NCBI GenBank assembly: GCA_964035545.1
Contig: OZ037765.1
Coordinates: 15,624,995 to 15,688,994 of the forward strand
Source of the DNA: Bugula neritina
Taxonomy: Eukaryota > Animalia > Bryozoa
Reading direction: 5' to 3'
DNA: 64,000 bases
Part shown: in pieces, positions 61,605 through 64,000 of the stretch
Position numbering within the stretch: the first letter of the stretch is position 1
Layout: each line of letters begins with the position of its first letter
The notes under the pieces: model-generated
The model's input: only the letters and a program-made list of their open reading frames with translations
What the model was told of the DNA's origin: nothing
The model's database searches: none
Position numbers and translations under genes: made by a program

Positions 61605-62349
61605 GTAAGTTTATGAATAATCTGCAAGACAGCTATTGATTTTATATAAGCTGTCAAGCTAAAAAATTAAAATTGATTATCATAAATTGGTCAATTTACT
61701 TCACACTAAAAGATTTGCTGCGCGTATAGTTTATAGCTGGCGTTAATTTTTAGACTGCAAAAACCTTGTTTTTTGACAGCAGTAGCCTTGATCAGTCAGA
61801 TTGGTGAGCAAATTATACCATTAAAGTATCTTTAACTCAAGAGGAGGTAGCTCCGTGAGATCGATCTGACACTCTCATAGAAAAACAATCGATCTGAGCA
61901 CATTTCTCAGATCAATCTCAGTGAGATCGATCTGAAATCGATCCATGGAAAGCCCGTGATTGTGTGAACAGGGGGTCAGCATTGCGTTCAACATAATCAC
62001 GGGCTTTCCATGTACCGATCTCAGATCGATCTCAGCAAGATCGATCTGAGTAATGTGCTCAGATCGATTGTTTTTCCATGAGAGTGTCAGATCGATCTCT
62101 CGGAGTTGCCTCCTCTTAGGTGAAGACTACTGTAATAGTATAATTTTTTCACCCACCTGAGTGATAAAAGCTACTGCTGTTGAAAAACAAAATTTTCGTA
62201 GTCTAAAATTTAACGTCAACTATAAACTCTACGCAGTAAAGCTTTTAATATGAAGTAATTTGGCCAATTTAAGATAATTGATTTTAATATTTTAGCTTGA
62301 CAGCTTATATGAAATTAATAGCTGTTGTGCAGCTTATTCATAAACTTAC
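61605..62349. repeat. Large palindrome: inverted duplicate of the MITE left half plus flank
   Basis: 61605-61969 is the reverse complement of about 61986-62349, with a spacer of about 16 bp. Confidence 0.9.
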
Positions 62350-62769
62350 GGGACTATTAGGCTTAAAATTACGCAGCAAATAACTAATGACAGTCCATTA
62401 TACTAGTCGTTTAAATTCAATTTAAATGCTTTCACTTTTTGTATCTTCTACCGTCTATAATTTTACATAATTAAGTTTTCTTAATCATTTTACTGAAAGT
62501 CAAAGTTTTGCCACTTGAAAAGGTGGCTATCTTAATTATTAAGTACTTTGCTTAGTAATTAACAATAAGTCATCATTTTTATTAGCAGACAACATTTTAG
62601 CGAGCAGTCATTTTTCTACTTCTCGGATCGATCTTTCGTCTTTCCATGGTCTTATTGCCTTGGGATCGATCTAAGTTCGAGCTCAGAACGACTGAGATCG
62701 ATCTTTGACGTCTTTCCATGGATCGATCTCCCTGAGATCGATTTGAGATCGGTACATGGAAAGCCGGTG
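61998..62769. mobile_element. MITE with CAC(G/C)GGCTTTCCATGTACCGATCTC TIRs, 3-bp TSD AAT and GATCGATC subterminal repeats (CMC/Chapaev-like)
   Basis: The TIR pair and AAT flanks (61995-61997, 62770-62772) are read directly from the sequence. Confidence 0.8.
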
Positions 62770-63242
62770 AATGTGGCTGCAGACTACAGTCGAAACTGAA
62801 CTGTGAACCCGTTTTTCCACCTGCTCGAGCATACCTTCAATGCCACATTCTACTTTTTGCTGGTCACACTACAAAAGCTGAACGCCAACTGTCTCTAGCC
62901 CCGCAGTAAACTTTTAACTAATAGGAATACCGTAACTCAGTTTCTGCTGTATCCACAGCAACCACCAATCAAAATTAGCGCAATTTATTGAGATTTGCTC
63001 CATAATTCAATAAGATTTACTAGTTATTTTTATTCTAATTTACTCACTTCAATTATTTAAAATTATTAGCTTCATTTAATAACATTTACTAACTTTATTC
63101 ATCCGCATTCACTAGCATAGAGAACTGGTAAAATTCAGTGAAATTTATCAACTAAATATTTATTTTCATAATTTATTAAGATTTGCATACATAACTTGAT
63201 CATATTATTAAGTAAAATAATATAGTTATCTTTATAGTATAA

Positions 63243-63754
63243 GTGTGTAAGTATGTGAACATGATAACATGATGAACCAAGGCATGTGTTCCAACCTATA
63301 ATTTGGATCATTTGGATTTTAGTAAGACAGAGCTGACTAGTGTAGCTATATTGTGTACGATGAGCATGTTGTTATTATTCTAAGAGTTGAAAGGTCAACA
63401 GCTCTAAACGAAGTAGTGACAGACAGCAAAACAAATGATTAGAGGGTTTTATAATGACAGCTGTCAGCTTCATAATTGCTCAATAATAAAACTACAAAAA
63501 TGCTTTTAAGTTTATTTTTTGGCAAACTTTTCAAGAAAATCTTTTAAAAATTTCTGAAACTGCTAAAATGTGTGTGTATGCCAAAATATTAATCTCAGAA
63601 AAAACTCGTACTAGCAATATAGCTTTCACACAAACCTTAAATTTCTATTGATTTTATGTGCTTTCTATATATCATTGATACTCCCCCTTGGACAGGTGGG
63701 AGAAGACAACCTCAAAATACAAATGCCCCTAGCGGGACTTGTGAAAAGGGTCTA
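63243..63754 (+). mobile_element. Dispersed non-autonomous DNA element, copy 3
   Basis: Homologous to 26021-26553 and ends GTGAAAAGGGTCTA. Confidence 0.8.
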
Positions 63755-64000
63755 TTAACTGCTGGAACTGTATAATTGGTAAAATTAAAAATAGAAGTTA
63801 TTTAGGTATTGTAAACACAGCAACAGTTTAATTCAGGTTTTTTTTAACATGCGCTACTGACCCAGCACTAGCAAAGCTCTACAATACCCTTTTGAGGTAG
63901 GTGCAGTAATGGAGAAATTGAGAAAAATCTGTGTTCTAGATTAGAAATGTAGCATAAGAAGTTATGTTCTCATGAGAATTTCAACCAGCGCCCAAACTAA

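Overview
This is AT-rich, intron-containing animal (probably marine invertebrate) genomic DNA, dominated by nested transposable elements. Three spliced host genes were reconstructed by hand: an EFCAB14-like type II membrane coiled-coil gene (+, 13718-15736), a complete 9-exon KLHL10 gene (-, 38223-16259) and a PLP-dependent Ser/Thr dehydratase/racemase-family gene (-, 61246-38467, first exon not found). Around and inside their introns are five Ty3/Gypsy LTR elements, three solo LTRs, CR1-, Rex1/Babar- and RTE-type LINEs, tRNA-derived SINEs, a decayed Polinton/adintovirus-type protein-primed DNA polymerase, a Sola2-like transposon and several MITE/foldback elements. The most striking observation is a Gypsy family (three diverged copies: A, C, D) that carries a conserved third ORF after pol. 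It is not env but a predicted nuclear protein with two zinc fingers and a coiled coil. The same family shows a G_UUA_AAC plus stem-loop -1 frameshift signal (copy A) and copy-specific palindromes in the LTR. All family assignments come from motif recognition by eye, not database searches.
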